Positions 9,458-19,052 of a stretch of DNA of 34,555 nucleotides are shown piece after piece (the first letter of the stretch is position 1; each line of letters opens with the position of its first letter). A model generated the notes under the pieces. That model had not been told where the DNA came from and did no database searches. It worked only from the letters and a program-made list of their open reading frames with translations. This DNA is from a virus (lineage: Duplodnaviria > Caudoviricetes), in IMG/VR virus record IMGVR_UViG_3300015203_000020, positions 1-34,555 of that record. One strand, written 5' to 3'. The translations under genes were made by a program, and so were the position numbers.

Positions 9458-10497
9458 TAATATGCCAAAATGTTAGGCCAATAGAACGGTTGAGGAGCAT
9501 TCAATATGACACTTGGTCTTAGCGTCAAATCAGTTTCATTAGCATTTTTCAAATTACTAAAATAATCTTGGTATTCATCTTCGTTAGTTTGTGGCCAATT
9601 ACCAGATGGATAATAAGCAAGGAATTTACGTGCTAAAGCATATTTCATAAATCCATAGTAATAAGGTGGAATAGATGAAATATCAGTATTGATTTCAAGT
9701 GAATCAATCATTCCTTTGACTTGAATAAAGCAAGGATACGGTTGATCAGGAGTTGGATAAACAGTAATAAAACTTTCATTAGGTTGTTTATCTAAAAATA
9801 TAAATCCAGGTCGTGCCAATAGATTTTCTAATCGCACAATATTATAAAATTCAGCTTTACTAATAACATAAATTGGATAAACGATATTAGTAATTGTAGG
9901 CGGTAATTGAGGGCTATTCGTTGAAACAATATTAACAGGTAATCCATCAGTTAATAATGTAATTGGAATATTAGCCAGCGCATCAGCAAGTGTTAAGGCA
10001 ATCGCTAAAGTCGTGGAATTTACATTAATAGCGTAATAAACACTTCCCGCAAATAAAGGCGATGGGACAGTGCCTGTGGTTGAAAATACAATCGGTGTTC
10101 CAGTGGGGAAAGCTAATGTCGATCCAAGTGTAATCGTATTACTCAATGTATCAGCGGTATATGTAAATGAAATAGGAGGAGGCGCACCAGCTACACCAAT
10201 TCCAGGAACTTTGTAATTTGCGAATGACAAATCAACGATACGATTAGAAATAATGTCATGTGGCCCAGCCAAATTTGAAATTGAATAAGTTGGCTGTCCC
10301 ACAATGAAATTAAAATTAATCGTCGTTAAGAACGGGATATAAATACTATCAGATGAAAACTTATCTAATAGCTCATTAATAAGCTCTAAACCTGATGACA
10401 ACATGAAGCTGTCGGGTGCTTCACCGACAGCCAGCTCGCCAAGAAGATAGAGCGAATTAACAATAATATCTTGTGTTATTCGCGTGACCTGGGTCAT
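9457..10497 (-). CDS. Head-tail adaptor (P22 gp4-like) enlarged by an inserted domain
   Basis: N-terminal DIIVNSLYLLGELAVGEAP...GLELINELLD and C-terminal IPPYYYGFMKYALARKF match the gp4-type pattern; it lies upstream of the hub. Confidence 0.75.
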   Translation of the reverse strand: MTQVTRITQDIIVNSLYLLGELAVGEAPDSFMLSSGLELINELLDKFSSDSIYIPFLTTINFNFIVGQPTYSISNLAGPHDIISNRIVDLSFANYKVPGIGVAGAPPPISFTYTADTLSNTITLGSTLAFPTGTPIVFSTTGTVPSPLFAGSVYYAINVNSTTLAIALTLADALANIPITLLTDGLPVNIVSTNSPQLPPTITNIVYPIYVISKAEFYNIVRLENLLARPGFIFLDKQPNESFITVYPTPDQPYPCFIQVKGMIDSLEINTDISSIPPYYYGFMKYALARKFLAYYPSGNWPQTNEDEYQDYFSNLKNANETDLTLRPSVILNAPQPFYWPNILAY

Positions 10498-10512
10498 AAG
10501 AACCTCCCATTA

Positions 10513-10779
10513 TTATTTAACGGGAAAAGCCTCTTTATCCAAACCTTTAGTCAATGCACGACCAAGTTCTTGCGCATGAGCGCCATTGTTCATCATCTCA
10601 GCGTCAAACATCATGTCTTTTTCTTCAAGACGTGGAGCGCGACCGCCTAATTTAGCAAGTCTAGCTTCCTGACTTTTAACGAAAGAATCAGTGCCGCTAT
10701 GTTGCGCTTCTTCCATCCCGTGCCTTTTGTTCGCTATTGCTGCTTCCTTTCCGTCTCGCATTGTGTAGTCTTTGCTCAT
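10513..10779 (-). CDS. Hypothetical protein
   Basis: ORF in the late operon with an SD; fills the gap. Confidence 0.6.
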   Translation of the reverse strand: MSKDYTMRDGKEAAIANKRHGMEEAQHSGTDSFVKSQEARLAKLGGRAPRLEEKDMMFDAEMMNNGAHAQELGRALTKGLDKEAFPVK

Positions 10780-10906
10780 ATTTTTCCCTCATTGCTTTTG
10801 CTTCAGTTGGGTGCTTAAACCAAACGCCCGTTGTCAAAAGATCTTCATACTCTTCATCCTCAACCACTTTCATTTCATTCACAGGATGATAAATACAATT
10901 CAACAT
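10697..10906 (-). CDS. Hypothetical protein downstream of coat
   Basis: AAGGA SD and a short acidic domain ending GVWFKHP. Confidence 0.6.
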   Translation of the reverse strand: MLNCIYHPVNEMKVVEDEEYEDLLTTGVWFKHPTEAKAMREKYEQRLHNARRKGSSNSEQKARDGRSAT

Positions 10907-10920
10907 TAGGCGTTTCCTTA

Positions 10921-12138
10921 TTAAGAAATTAACTTAACTGCATACTCTGGATGCCATGTGAAACCACATAGGACGTCAAGACGCATAAAGTTTTGATATC
11001 CAAGAATGTCACCAGTTTGTGTAACTGCAAGTGACAATCCAGTTTCGGGATCAACCGCTACGGATGCGTATGGAACTTGTAGTTTATAGAGTGGTGGGCA
11101 AACGATATCTAAGGCACGGGTAGGATAAGCAACGTTTACGTTGTAACCAGATGTGAGAACTGGAGTAACAACGGCACCGTTTGGCACTGGATTGCTTACA
11201 TTACGACGTGGGTTATTCGGATCGGAAATAATTACTGGGGCCACTTGGACTGTTATCGCACCGGCACCATTTGAGGAGGCGGGAGCTTGAACAACAAATT
11301 GCATGTTTTGACCAGTTGCCTTACGACCAACAGGGTTAACAGATTGTACGCCAGCAATGGAAATCAAATCACCTGGTAAGAAATAATTGGTGATGTTGAT
11401 AGTAGCGCCAGCTAATACGAGAGTATTACCAGAAGCCACAGCACCGTTCACAGTTAGAACGTCACCTGGGAAACCAGCAGGGCCAGCACCGTTAGTATGA
11501 CGAATAATATTCTGAGATTGGAACACATCAAAATAAGATAAGTGACCAATAGCTGATTGGCGTACGATTTCTTCGTTAAACACTGGGGTGAATTGATTTA
11601 GCAAAGAACCTTTCAGCGCAGAACCATCGCGAACGGTCATTGCAAGATAAGCATCAGCAGAGATATTAACACCTTGTTCTAACAATTTAGCACCAGCTAA
11701 ATCGACAGTCGTATAAGAGTTAATTGGCGTACCAGCATTACCAGTGAAGAAGTTCAATTGCACTTCAGCAGCAGCGCCGATGTCTTTTTCCATCTGGGTG
11801 ATAATTTCTTGAATCGCAGGTTGAATAAATAAGCGACTGAAGTCTTCAATCTTCAATGTTAAATCTTTAATCGTATAAGCAATCAAAGCATTGTATTGAT
11901 GAGCGACAGTGATATTTTCAACTTGTTCAACGATATCTTGCGGAGTTGCTACGGCGCCGTCACCAACTAAAAAGTGATTTTGTCTGCGAACTTGCAAGGT
12001 GTCACCGATCTTATATCCAGAAGACATAAAGTCATCTTGATAAATTCGGCTAGCGGTCATTGTGAAAGGGTTGTTGTTAGCAAACATTGCAAGCGCAGTG
12101 TTACTAACTAACTGGGTAGTGATAAATTGATTAGCCAT
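10921..12138 (-). CDS. Major capsid protein (P22 coat gp5 family)
   Basis: MAN start, KIGDTLQVRR, SRLFIQPA, an insertion domain (PGDLISIAGVQSVNP) and C-terminal RLDVLCG; follows scaffold. Confidence 0.92.
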   Translation of the reverse strand: MANQFITTQLVSNTALAMFANNNPFTMTASRIYQDDFMSSGYKIGDTLQVRRQNHFLVGDGAVATPQDIVEQVENITVAHQYNALIAYTIKDLTLKIEDFSRLFIQPAIQEIITQMEKDIGAAAEVQLNFFTGNAGTPINSYTTVDLAGAKLLEQGVNISADAYLAMTVRDGSALKGSLLNQFTPVFNEEIVRQSAIGHLSYFDVFQSQNIIRHTNGAGPAGFPGDVLTVNGAVASGNTLVLAGATINITNYFLPGDLISIAGVQSVNPVGRKATGQNMQFVVQAPASSNGAGAITVQVAPVIISDPNNPRRNVSNPVPNGAVVTPVLTSGYNVNVAYPTRALDIVCPPLYKLQVPYASVAVDPETGLSLAVTQTGDILGYQNFMRLDVLCGFTWHPEYAVKLIS

Positions 12139-12197
12139 TATAGCTTCTCTCCATTAGTTATTAATGGCGAGCTTCAGTAATTCCATTACTTTAAGTC

Positions 12198-12989
12198 TTA
12201 CTTCCAGCCCGCTTTGAGTTTCCTTCTCAACTCACCGACCGAGGTGTTCTCGTTCACTGAGCCTTGCGGTGTTACTGGATTGCTTTTAACACTTCCTAAT
12301 TGGCGTGGGACAGACGTACCTTGAGACGACCCACCCTGGAGAGCAACCGACAGTTTCACCATCTCTTTTGCTTGATCTAGGGGGTGGAGTTTAGCGACAC
12401 GTTTCAATTCTTCAGGGTTCTTACCAAGTTTATATAGAACATCACCGGCATTAGGCAGTAAGAGTGCAGCACTTTTCATGGCTTCGGTATAAGGTGCATC
12501 CGGCGCCTTAACCACGTCATTAAAATCCTCGTACTTATCAGACATATTATCAAGATGGTCATCCAGTGCTTGATACTGTTTGTGTACGTGAGCCTGTTGC
12601 TCGGCTTGTCTTGCTTGCGCTTCTTGCTGATCCTTAGCTTGAAGTGCAGCTTGTACAGCTCTATGTATATGCGACTCAATTCCTTCGCCTGCGACTGGCT
12701 GAGAATTGTATGTATTCGCTGGTTGATTCTGATCCGGCATAGTTTGTGAGCCAAAGCGACTGTGCAGTTCTTGAATCTGAGCCTGCATAGCGCGTAATTC
12801 CTTTTGGTGCCTCTTCTCTTGTCTACCCAGCCGTTCCTTAGCTGCAAGAGGCAATTCGTCCTTTGAGTCCTTTCCTAGTGCGCCGCTTTCAGCAGCATCA
12901 ATAGTCTCTTGGGGCTCACCCAAACTATCCATCGTCTCACCAGCTACCGCATTTTTCTCTTGGTTAGACATCATTTCTGATTGATCCAT
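12198..12989 (-). CDS. Capsid scaffolding protein
   Basis: Acidic coiled-coil protein directly upstream of coat with YEDFNDVV and DVLYKLGKNPEEL motifs. Start moved from the GTG at 13061 to the ATG at 12989, which has a GGAG SD. Confidence 0.8.
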   Translation of the reverse strand: MDQSEMMSNQEKNAVAGETMDSLGEPQETIDAAESGALGKDSKDELPLAAKERLGRQEKRHQKELRAMQAQIQELHSRFGSQTMPDQNQPANTYNSQPVAGEGIESHIHRAVQAALQAKDQQEAQARQAEQQAHVHKQYQALDDHLDNMSDKYEDFNDVVKAPDAPYTEAMKSAALLLPNAGDVLYKLGKNPEELKRVAKLHPLDQAKEMVKLSVALQGGSSQGTSVPRQLGSVKSNPVTPQGSVNENTSVGELRRKLKAGWK

Positions 12990-13234
12990 ATCTTTATTGC
13001 TCCACTCGGCACTTTTATCTGCCCCAAGGATGTACTGCTGGTCGCCTTGTACCGACCCCACGACTAGCTAATCGTGTCAATGTATCTATTTTATACTTAG
13101 TTTTTTTAAATGATATCGCCAGGGGTAGGGTTTTTGTCTATAATAAACACTCAAATCTAGAGCCTGCAGCTCGAACGGGTGGAATATCTCACCACCCTGA
13201 TTTGTTCCTTCATGAGATCACTAGAGAGGTGAAT

Positions 13235-13747
13235 ATGTCTAATATTGTCAAAATTTGCTCTATTCATGGATCATTAGATCAAAAAGATATAAAAATAAGA
13301 AAAAAATTAAATAATAAAAGTAAAATTCAATATCGATGCAATATTTGTCATTTACATAGTGGACGTGTTTCTTATCAGCAAAAGCGGTTAAGAGAAGGAT
13401 ATGAGTTAAAAGGAAAGCTAATTGAAAAATTAAGACTTCCCAAAAGAATTAAAATTTCTAGAAAAGATCAAATGAGAAAAATCAAATTAATGTATAAATA
13501 TAGGATATCTATTGAACAATATAATGAAATGGCAATAAATCAAAATAACTTATGCCGAATTTGCAAAAAACAAGAACAAGGAAAAGCTCCATCTGGAAAA
13601 TTTAGAGATTTAGCAGTAGATCACTGTCATAAAACAAATAAAATAAGAGGCTTATTATGTGGAAAGTGCAATAGAATGCTTGGTTATGCAAAAGATTCCA
13701 TAGAAATTCTTCAATCAGCAATTGAATATCTAAAAGCCTCTACATAG
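13235..13747 (+). CDS. Endonuclease VII-like (His-Me finger) free-standing endonuclease
   Basis: QNNLCRIC...LAVDHCHKTNKIRGLLCGKCNRMLG. GAGG SD before ATG 13235; very AT-rich and antisense to its neighbours. Confidence 0.88.
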   Translation: MSNIVKICSIHGSLDQKDIKIRKKLNNKSKIQYRCNICHLHSGRVSYQQKRLREGYELKGKLIEKLRLPKRIKISRKDQMRKIKLMYKYRISIEQYNEMAINQNNLCRICKKQEQGKAPSGKFRDLAVDHCHKTNKIRGLLCGKCNRMLGYAKDSIEILQSAIEYLKAST

Positions 13748-15929
13748 AGGCTTTTTCTTTCTGCTGGGGACTGTGGTGCTTATGCAAATCCGTAATCAAA
13801 GCAGCAATCTTAGCCGAATGATCCAATTCAGACTTATGCAGATTGATAGCATGGCCTGTCTGAGCTACTTTATTCTTCTCCGACATCTCATGCGCTTTCA
13901 TTACCATTTCGAGTTTCTCTAATTGATGCTTCTCTTGCCTGATCTTCAACTCTTCCGCACGTTCTTGTAATGCCATTTCTTCAACATGCATTTTCTGTTC
14001 TTTCAATGCCATCTCCTGTTGTGCCATCTGCATCTGTTGCTGCATCATTTGTTGTTCAGGATTTGGTTTTGGAGGAGGAGGTGGCTCACCAGCTTCTTTA
14101 GCTAATATTTCAGGTGGCACAAGATTTTTTAAGCGCTCAACAATCTGCGGCATCCATTGAACATCCAAGTTCTTAGCCCATAGATCAGCAACCAAGTTAA
14201 ATACTTGTGGATCAGCAGAAACAGTTTGTTGTAAGAACTCCAACGCAATTTCTTTCTGTACTGCAAATGAAGGCCCAGCATCAATTTCAATATCAAACTC
14301 ACCACCTTGTAACGAATTAAGAATTTGATCATCACCTTTGCGTTGGTTTAATACCATGTTTTGAGTCTTACCATCTGCTTTAGACACGACAACATGACGT
14401 TCTTCATCACCATAAATCACTGGTAATAAATCCAATACCACACGCCCAGCTTGTTCTATAGCTTGATTCAAGTTATCAAAGAAGATGTAAGCAGACATAC
14501 TGCCTTCCATCTTACGTTCACGACGAGCCTTACCAGATATATCTTTACCTTGTAACTGTTCAGCCTCTGAGAAACCTAATATTTCTCTCATGTCCTGACC
14601 AGCTCGTTGGAAGTTGGCCATCAATGCAGGTGATACATCCCAAGGTGGTTGCTTCATTGGCATTTGGCCCGTCTTAGGGTCAGGTTTGGCCATTAAAATA
14701 CCTAATTGTTGCTCAGGATTGCGCCACATTTGTTCCTGACCAATGATGTTGTCGGGCGTTCCCAACCATTGTTCACGACGACGATTCTTCACCTCAGCGG
14801 CAATTTCCGTGCCAACAAAGTTAGCAAAGCGTTGCGCATCTTTGGCTTCATGAATAAATGATCTTGTGTATTGTCTACCTTCAATAAAGCATGAATCGCC
14901 ATCCACAAATACGATAGGTAAATGTTTAGATGGCCACTCAGAGAAATCAATAATGCAGTCATGAGTCATCCTATAGTGCATAATCTTGTAATCTTGCGTT
15001 TGTCGTTCAGCAACAATAGTGGGGATTTCTTTCAAGATCAGTCCGCCAACCACAACAGAATCTTGGGCCAATTCTTTCATCATCCTGAATTTCTTTTGCA
15101 TCGAGACCCATTCAGCTTCACTGACAGTCATACCATTAGATAACTTATAAATAATGGTAGAGAACCATTCCTTCTGAAAGTAATCACATACAACTATGGT
15201 GTCTCTTGTCTCCCATTGAAAATCCAATAATGTTCTAGGATCCATATAAGACACAGGATTCTTGATATAAGGATAGGTTGCGGCAAATTCATCTTTACGG
15301 AACACATGATTTCTAGCGCAGTAATTACCATCACCTTTATGAGGTTTCAATGCCACTGGATCAAAGGTAGTTCTAGTCGCGTCAGGAATAATTTGATATC
15401 GTAAAACTTGATTGAAACTACGCGGAGATTCATATTCTAATGAAATCTGAAAGGCCCCAAAACCCGAATATAGAGCCGACCGAAACGCTGTCTGGTACAC
15501 AAGGTCGTTTTGTGATTGATAAGATATCGTCCTTACTAAATCAGCTCGGAGGTCTATTTGATCTTGGGTGGCTTTCCCCGTTAGAGATCGAACTATTAAA
15601 TCAGGCTTATTCTTCCGTTGCTCGCCTGCAATTTTCTTTGTTACATCGTATAGCTTGTTAAACGTCATGCAAGGTTTAAACAAACGCTGAAACTCTGATC
15701 TCTCTACTGCTGTCCATTGATCTCGTAATAGAAAGTTCTGATCTTCCTTACCTCTAGTAATGTTCTCGTTAAAATAAGAGTTCCAAACATTGAGATTGTC
15801 TCGTGCTTTAGCCAGTACATCATGCTCATTGATCCCAGCTTCTTTGAGATCACTAAGCCTACGTTCTTCCATTTCGTTAACATCATCAGCGGATAAATCA
15901 GAATCTACATCATAGGTGTCGTGCTTCAT
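13740..15929 (-). CDS. Portal protein (P22 gp1-like)
   Basis: About 730 aa with DQW...PCMTFNKL, AKDAQRFAN, DISGKA, FFDNL, GEFDIEIDAGPSF and a long C-terminal coiled-coil barrel. Start at 15929 or 15944. Confidence 0.92.
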   Translation of the reverse strand: MKHDTYDVDSDLSADDVNEMEERRLSDLKEAGINEHDVLAKARDNLNVWNSYFNENITRGKEDQNFLLRDQWTAVERSEFQRLFKPCMTFNKLYDVTKKIAGEQRKNKPDLIVRSLTGKATQDQIDLRADLVRTISYQSQNDLVYQTAFRSALYSGFGAFQISLEYESPRSFNQVLRYQIIPDATRTTFDPVALKPHKGDGNYCARNHVFRKDEFAATYPYIKNPVSYMDPRTLLDFQWETRDTIVVCDYFQKEWFSTIIYKLSNGMTVSEAEWVSMQKKFRMMKELAQDSVVVGGLILKEIPTIVAERQTQDYKIMHYRMTHDCIIDFSEWPSKHLPIVFVDGDSCFIEGRQYTRSFIHEAKDAQRFANFVGTEIAAEVKNRRREQWLGTPDNIIGQEQMWRNPEQQLGILMAKPDPKTGQMPMKQPPWDVSPALMANFQRAGQDMREILGFSEAEQLQGKDISGKARRERKMEGSMSAYIFFDNLNQAIEQAGRVVLDLLPVIYGDEERHVVVSKADGKTQNMVLNQRKGDDQILNSLQGGEFDIEIDAGPSFAVQKEIALEFLQQTVSADPQVFNLVADLWAKNLDVQWMPQIVERLKNLVPPEILAKEAGEPPPPPKPNPEQQMMQQQMQMAQQEMALKEQKMHVEEMALQERAEELKIRQEKHQLEKLEMVMKAHEMSEKNKVAQTGHAINLHKSELDHSAKIAALITDLHKHHSPQQKEKASM

Positions 15930-15974
15930 TCTGTAACCTTCCATGGTTAAATGAGTTTAAGTATAGCTTATATT

Positions 15975-16271
15975 TTACTCTGAAACTTTTTTTCTACCCA
16001 TAACTACCTCAAGTCCTTTGATGACATTGCATAATCTCACTAGATTGAAATGAACATCGCTGATGCCTAATGTATGTAGTTCATTTATTAGTCTATGATT
16101 CCCATCATATTCTGATTGTTTGAGAGCACGGAAGATGGCTTGAGCATTTTCTAGATGAGTATGGGCTATTCTTAAATTACTCATGATGTCATCTTTGGAT
16201 TGGGTCAATCTGATTACCCTCGCAATATGTGCATTTCTCAACAATATATTTAATATTATTTTCTTCATCAA
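15975..16271 (-). CDS. Hypothetical protein
   Basis: ORF track; co-oriented small-ORF block. Confidence 0.45.
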   Translation of the reverse strand: MMKKIILNILLRNAHIARVIRLTQSKDDIMSNLRIAHTHLENAQAIFRALKQSEYDGNHRLINELHTLGISDVHFNLVRLCNVIKGLEVVMGRKKVSE

Positions 16272-16464
16272 TTCCTAAAGAACCATGCTCACCTGCGCCA
16301 TTACATAATAAACAGTTTTTATTTGGTGAGCAGATATTGCAAGGATGATTGCATTTTCTTATATGGCCTTTCTGAGTAGTGATTATGGTTTCATATATAT
16401 GTTTATCAAAATCACGGCGTAAATTAACGATATAAGATAAATTAACACTTATGTTCTCCTGCAT
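16189..16464 (-). CDS. Hypothetical Cys-rich protein (CxxCxGxG, DnaJ-type Zn-finger-like)
   Basis: CNIC, CLLCNGAG and CTYCEG motifs. Confidence 0.5.
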   Translation of the reverse strand: MQENISVNLSYIVNLRRDFDKHIYETIITTQKGHIRKCNHPCNICSPNKNCLLCNGAGEHGSLGIDEENNIKYIVEKCTYCEGNQIDPIQR

Positions 16465-16533
16465 GGTAATTAATTTATTGTATAAATCTTTATTAACTTC
16501 AAATTCATCTAATTCATTTAATCTTTCTGTAAT

Positions 16534-16803
16534 TTATAATACTTCTTGATCCCAAATATTTAGCCTAAGAGAATCTTTTTCACAAATAGATTCTAATTTA
16601 TTTAATCTATCTTCCATTTTATGGACAATAATTGCCAAATCTTTAATTTGTATGAAACCATTATTCAGTGTTCTTTCGAAATGAGAAAGTTGATTAACGT
16701 AAAAGTTTTCTAATTTATCTAGTCTTGCTGTGATTTTATCAAAATCGCAAGTGACGCAATGAAAACCTAGAAGTAAATTATGTTTGCATGTTTCAAGATT
16801 CAT
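16534..16803 (-). CDS. Hypothetical protein (Zn knuckle plus coiled coil)
   Basis: CKH...CVTC followed by heptad repeats; ATGA overlap with the upstream ORF. Confidence 0.6.
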   Translation of the reverse strand: MNLETCKHNLLLGFHCVTCDFDKITARLDKLENFYVNQLSHFERTLNNGFIQIKDLAIIVHKMEDRLNKLESICEKDSLRLNIWDQEVL

Positions 16804-16955
16804 TTCTTATTTCCCACTTTATTCTCTTCCTTCACTTTTTCTTTCATAATCTCGAAACCTTTCCTGATTTCATCATCAAGCTTCTTAAGATCCTCGAGTT
16901 CTTGTTGAGTACGTTTGATTTTTATTTTTGGATGATAGAATTTGTCTCGGAACAT
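16800..16955 (-). CDS. Hypothetical 51-aa protein (not in ORF track)
   Basis: MFRDKFYHPKIKIKRTQQELEDLKKLDDEIRKGFEIMKEK..., with a GAGGG SD and ATGA coupling to the next ORF. Confidence 0.55.
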   Translation of the reverse strand: MFRDKFYHPKIKIKRTQQELEDLKKLDDEIRKGFEIMKEKVKEENKVGNKK

Positions 16956-16965
16956 GTTAAATCCC

Positions 16966-17100
16966 TCAAGTAACTCTTTTGAATTTTTTACATCTTTTAC
17001 AATAAATTACAATGTATTTTGAGTAGGTAGATGTTATCGTTGTAAAAAGATTCATGTTATAATCATGCCCCCACAATAAGCAAATCAGCCATTTAATCAC
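16966..17100 (-). CDS. Small C/H Zn-binding phage protein (DUF1660-like pattern; not in ORF track)
   Basis: GTG start; MIKWLICLLWGHDY...YCKRCKKFKRVT. Confidence 0.55.
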   Translation of the reverse strand: MIKWLICLLWGHDYNMNLFTTITSTYSKYIVIYCKRCKKFKRVT

Positions 17101-17281
17101 TGAATATTTCCCCAGATTCTATTTCTTCTAATAATGAACCAAGTTGTTCATATGCACCTGATTCATAATGAATTTCACTACATGTTAGTGTTTTATTCTT
17201 ATCACGTAAAATACGCCTTTGAAGGGCTAATAAATTTTTTATTCGTTTTTTTATCTTTTGCACTTTCTGGTCTTTAATCAT
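17093..17281 (-). CDS. Hypothetical protein
   Basis: ORF track; overlapping chain of small ORFs. Confidence 0.55.
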   Translation of the reverse strand: MIKDQKVQKIKKRIKNLLALQRRILRDKNKTLTCSEIHYESGAYEQLGSLLEEIESGEIFSD

Positions 17282-17410
17282 TCACAGCCTCAATCTCTCT
17301 CAATACATTCATCGCATCACATGATAAGCATTTGCATACATTACAGCATGATGCGCCTCGGACATATTTAGCGAATGCTAATAGTTTTTCGTATTTTTCT
17401 TCTAAAGTCA

Positions 17411-17611
17411 TTATGAATTCTCTAAAATCACTTTCCCTTTGAAGGGTTTGAAATTATACATTTCCCAAAAATCAGAGTAATTCCCATTTTCAAGATCCAC
17501 ACCACATTTATTCTCACAAAATAAAACAATCCGATTTGTAGAATGGGATATCATCAAACAAGGATACTCAATTTCTTTCTCTTTTGATTCATTTTGGATT
17601 TCAACTTTCAT
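17411..17611 (-). CDS. Hypothetical protein
   Basis: ORF track; overlapping chain. Confidence 0.6.
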   Translation of the reverse strand: MKVEIQNESKEKEIEYPCLMISHSTNRIVLFCENKCGVDLENGNYSDFWEMYNFKPFKGKVILENS

Positions 17612-18011
17612 TCGGCACCCATATTTTGTTTTCGATTAGGTGGATTAGCATAGCAGCCCTGGAGTCTGCTTCAATCTCATAATCTAAAGTACTAGGCCAG
17701 ATTTCTTCTTTTATATCCATGGTTTGATAGTAAACATTTAAATCACAACTTGCTGCCAGGTAATATCTTTTATCATGAAAAGTAATACATCCGGGTAATA
17801 ATTTACCTAATTCAGAGACTGTGAATGCTGAAACAACATGTGGATTATTATTATCAGGATTAAATACTTCAGTATATGGCTTAATCTCCCATTCAAAAGA
17901 TTCTTTTTGATAAACAGGAAAAAACCATACGAAATAACTATCTTGATTAACACCCAATTCTTTTAATTGTTTAGCCAATTCTAATGAACAAACTTGATCT
18001 TCAATCTTCAT
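17601..18011 (-). CDS. Conserved-type phage hypothetical protein
   Basis: QVCSLELAKQLKELGV...SAFTVSELGKLLP...EADSRAAMLIHL, a pattern recurrent in phages. Confidence 0.7.
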   Translation of the reverse strand: MKIEDQVCSLELAKQLKELGVNQDSYFVWFFPVYQKESFEWEIKPYTEVFNPDNNNPHVVSAFTVSELGKLLPGCITFHDKRYYLAASCDLNVYYQTMDIKEEIWPSTLDYEIEADSRAAMLIHLIENKIWVPNES

Positions 18012-18247
18012 TCAACAATATTCCATTTATCAGAAGTAAAGTCTCGAGCAAAAAAATCATGCGTACAATCATTCTCATCATAAATACCATGCTCACCAAG
18101 ATATATGTATTTATGAAACTCCGAATTATATGCGCCTTTTCCTTCTCTCAATGCAGGTATTATATCTTCAATCTTCATGCGCTTTTCCATTAGGCAAAGA
18201 TGGCAATGGCATCCAATGAGTAACCTCCAGAGAATCCCATTTCCCAT
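18008..18247 (-). CDS. Hypothetical protein (true start probably the internal MKIEDI)
   Basis: MKIEDIIPALREGK...SDKWNIVE resembles small phage proteins that end in D-x-W-x-I. Confidence 0.5.
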   Translation of the reverse strand: MGNGILWRLLIGCHCHLCLMEKRMKIEDIIPALREGKGAYNSEFHKYIYLGEHGIYDENDCTHDFFARDFTSDKWNIVE

Positions 18248-18353
18248 ACCTCAATGAACACACACCAATCCAATTATATTTATTGCCCTCATATACTAGA
18301 TATCGGCCATCTTTGTCCGGCATTCTTTCTTTGCATTTAATCCAATTTGTCAT
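18168..18353 (-). CDS. DUF551-like phage protein
   Basis: WIKCKERMP...VTHWMPLPSLP signature. Confidence 0.85.
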   Translation of the reverse strand: MTNWIKCKERMPDKDGRYLVYEGNKYNWIGVCSLRYGKWDSLEVTHWMPLPSLPNGKAHED

Positions 18354-18522
18354 TCTCTAATCTCATTAATTCCTGTTGTATTTCTTCATATCTGGCACGA
18401 TCTTTAGGCTTAACTTTATCAAAATCATAAATTAATAATGATCTTTCGAAGAGTAAAAATTCTTTCATATAATAGTCATTTATTATCTTAATAGTATTTT
18501 TTCTTAGCTCACCATTATTCAT
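18337..18522 (-). CDS. Hypothetical protein
   Basis: ORF track. Confidence 0.5.
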   Translation of the reverse strand: MNNGELRKNTIKIINDYYMKEFLLFERSLLIYDFDKVKPKDRARYEEIQQELMRLENDKLD

Positions 18523-18819
18523 TTATTCAAAGCCCTATAAAACAATTCTTCATTCTTTACACAAACTCGCAATGGATCAGCATTAAACTTCTTCATTTCT
18601 GATCGTTCTTTATTGTTCTCAATGTAATAAAGCTGATCTTTTATCTTGTTTTCTTCTTCGATAATATTATTCATTTCTTATCTCCTATATCAACATAACG
18701 AACTAATTCAATAAACTCTTTCAATTTAATTCCCAAAGTAGAACTACTCATTGAGAAATGGATGAATGTATTTTTATACATATCATAAAATTCTTGTAGT
18801 ATTGCTATTTCTGATTCAG

Positions 18820-19044
18820 TCATTTCTTGTTCTCAATTAATTTCTTACCATCAACTTCAACAACTTCAAATTCAGCATCGATATAATTATCTGGTCTTTT
18901 GGGTTCAGCATCAAATTGAGACCTTCTTATTGCTTCTTGATATTGTTGTTGATAGGCCTGTGCATTAGCTAACTGGGAAAGATATCCACGAGGATGTCCG
19001 CCCCTTAATCGCCATTGTGATTCTTGATCGTCAAATAGCCCCAT
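18820..19044 (-). CDS. Hypothetical protein
   Basis: ORF with SD and a YIDAEFEVV motif. Confidence 0.6.
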   Translation of the reverse strand: MGLFDDQESQWRLRGGHPRGYLSQLANAQAYQQQYQEAIRRSQFDAEPKRPDNYIDAEFEVVEVDGKKLIENKK

Positions 19045-19052
19045 GATCCCAC

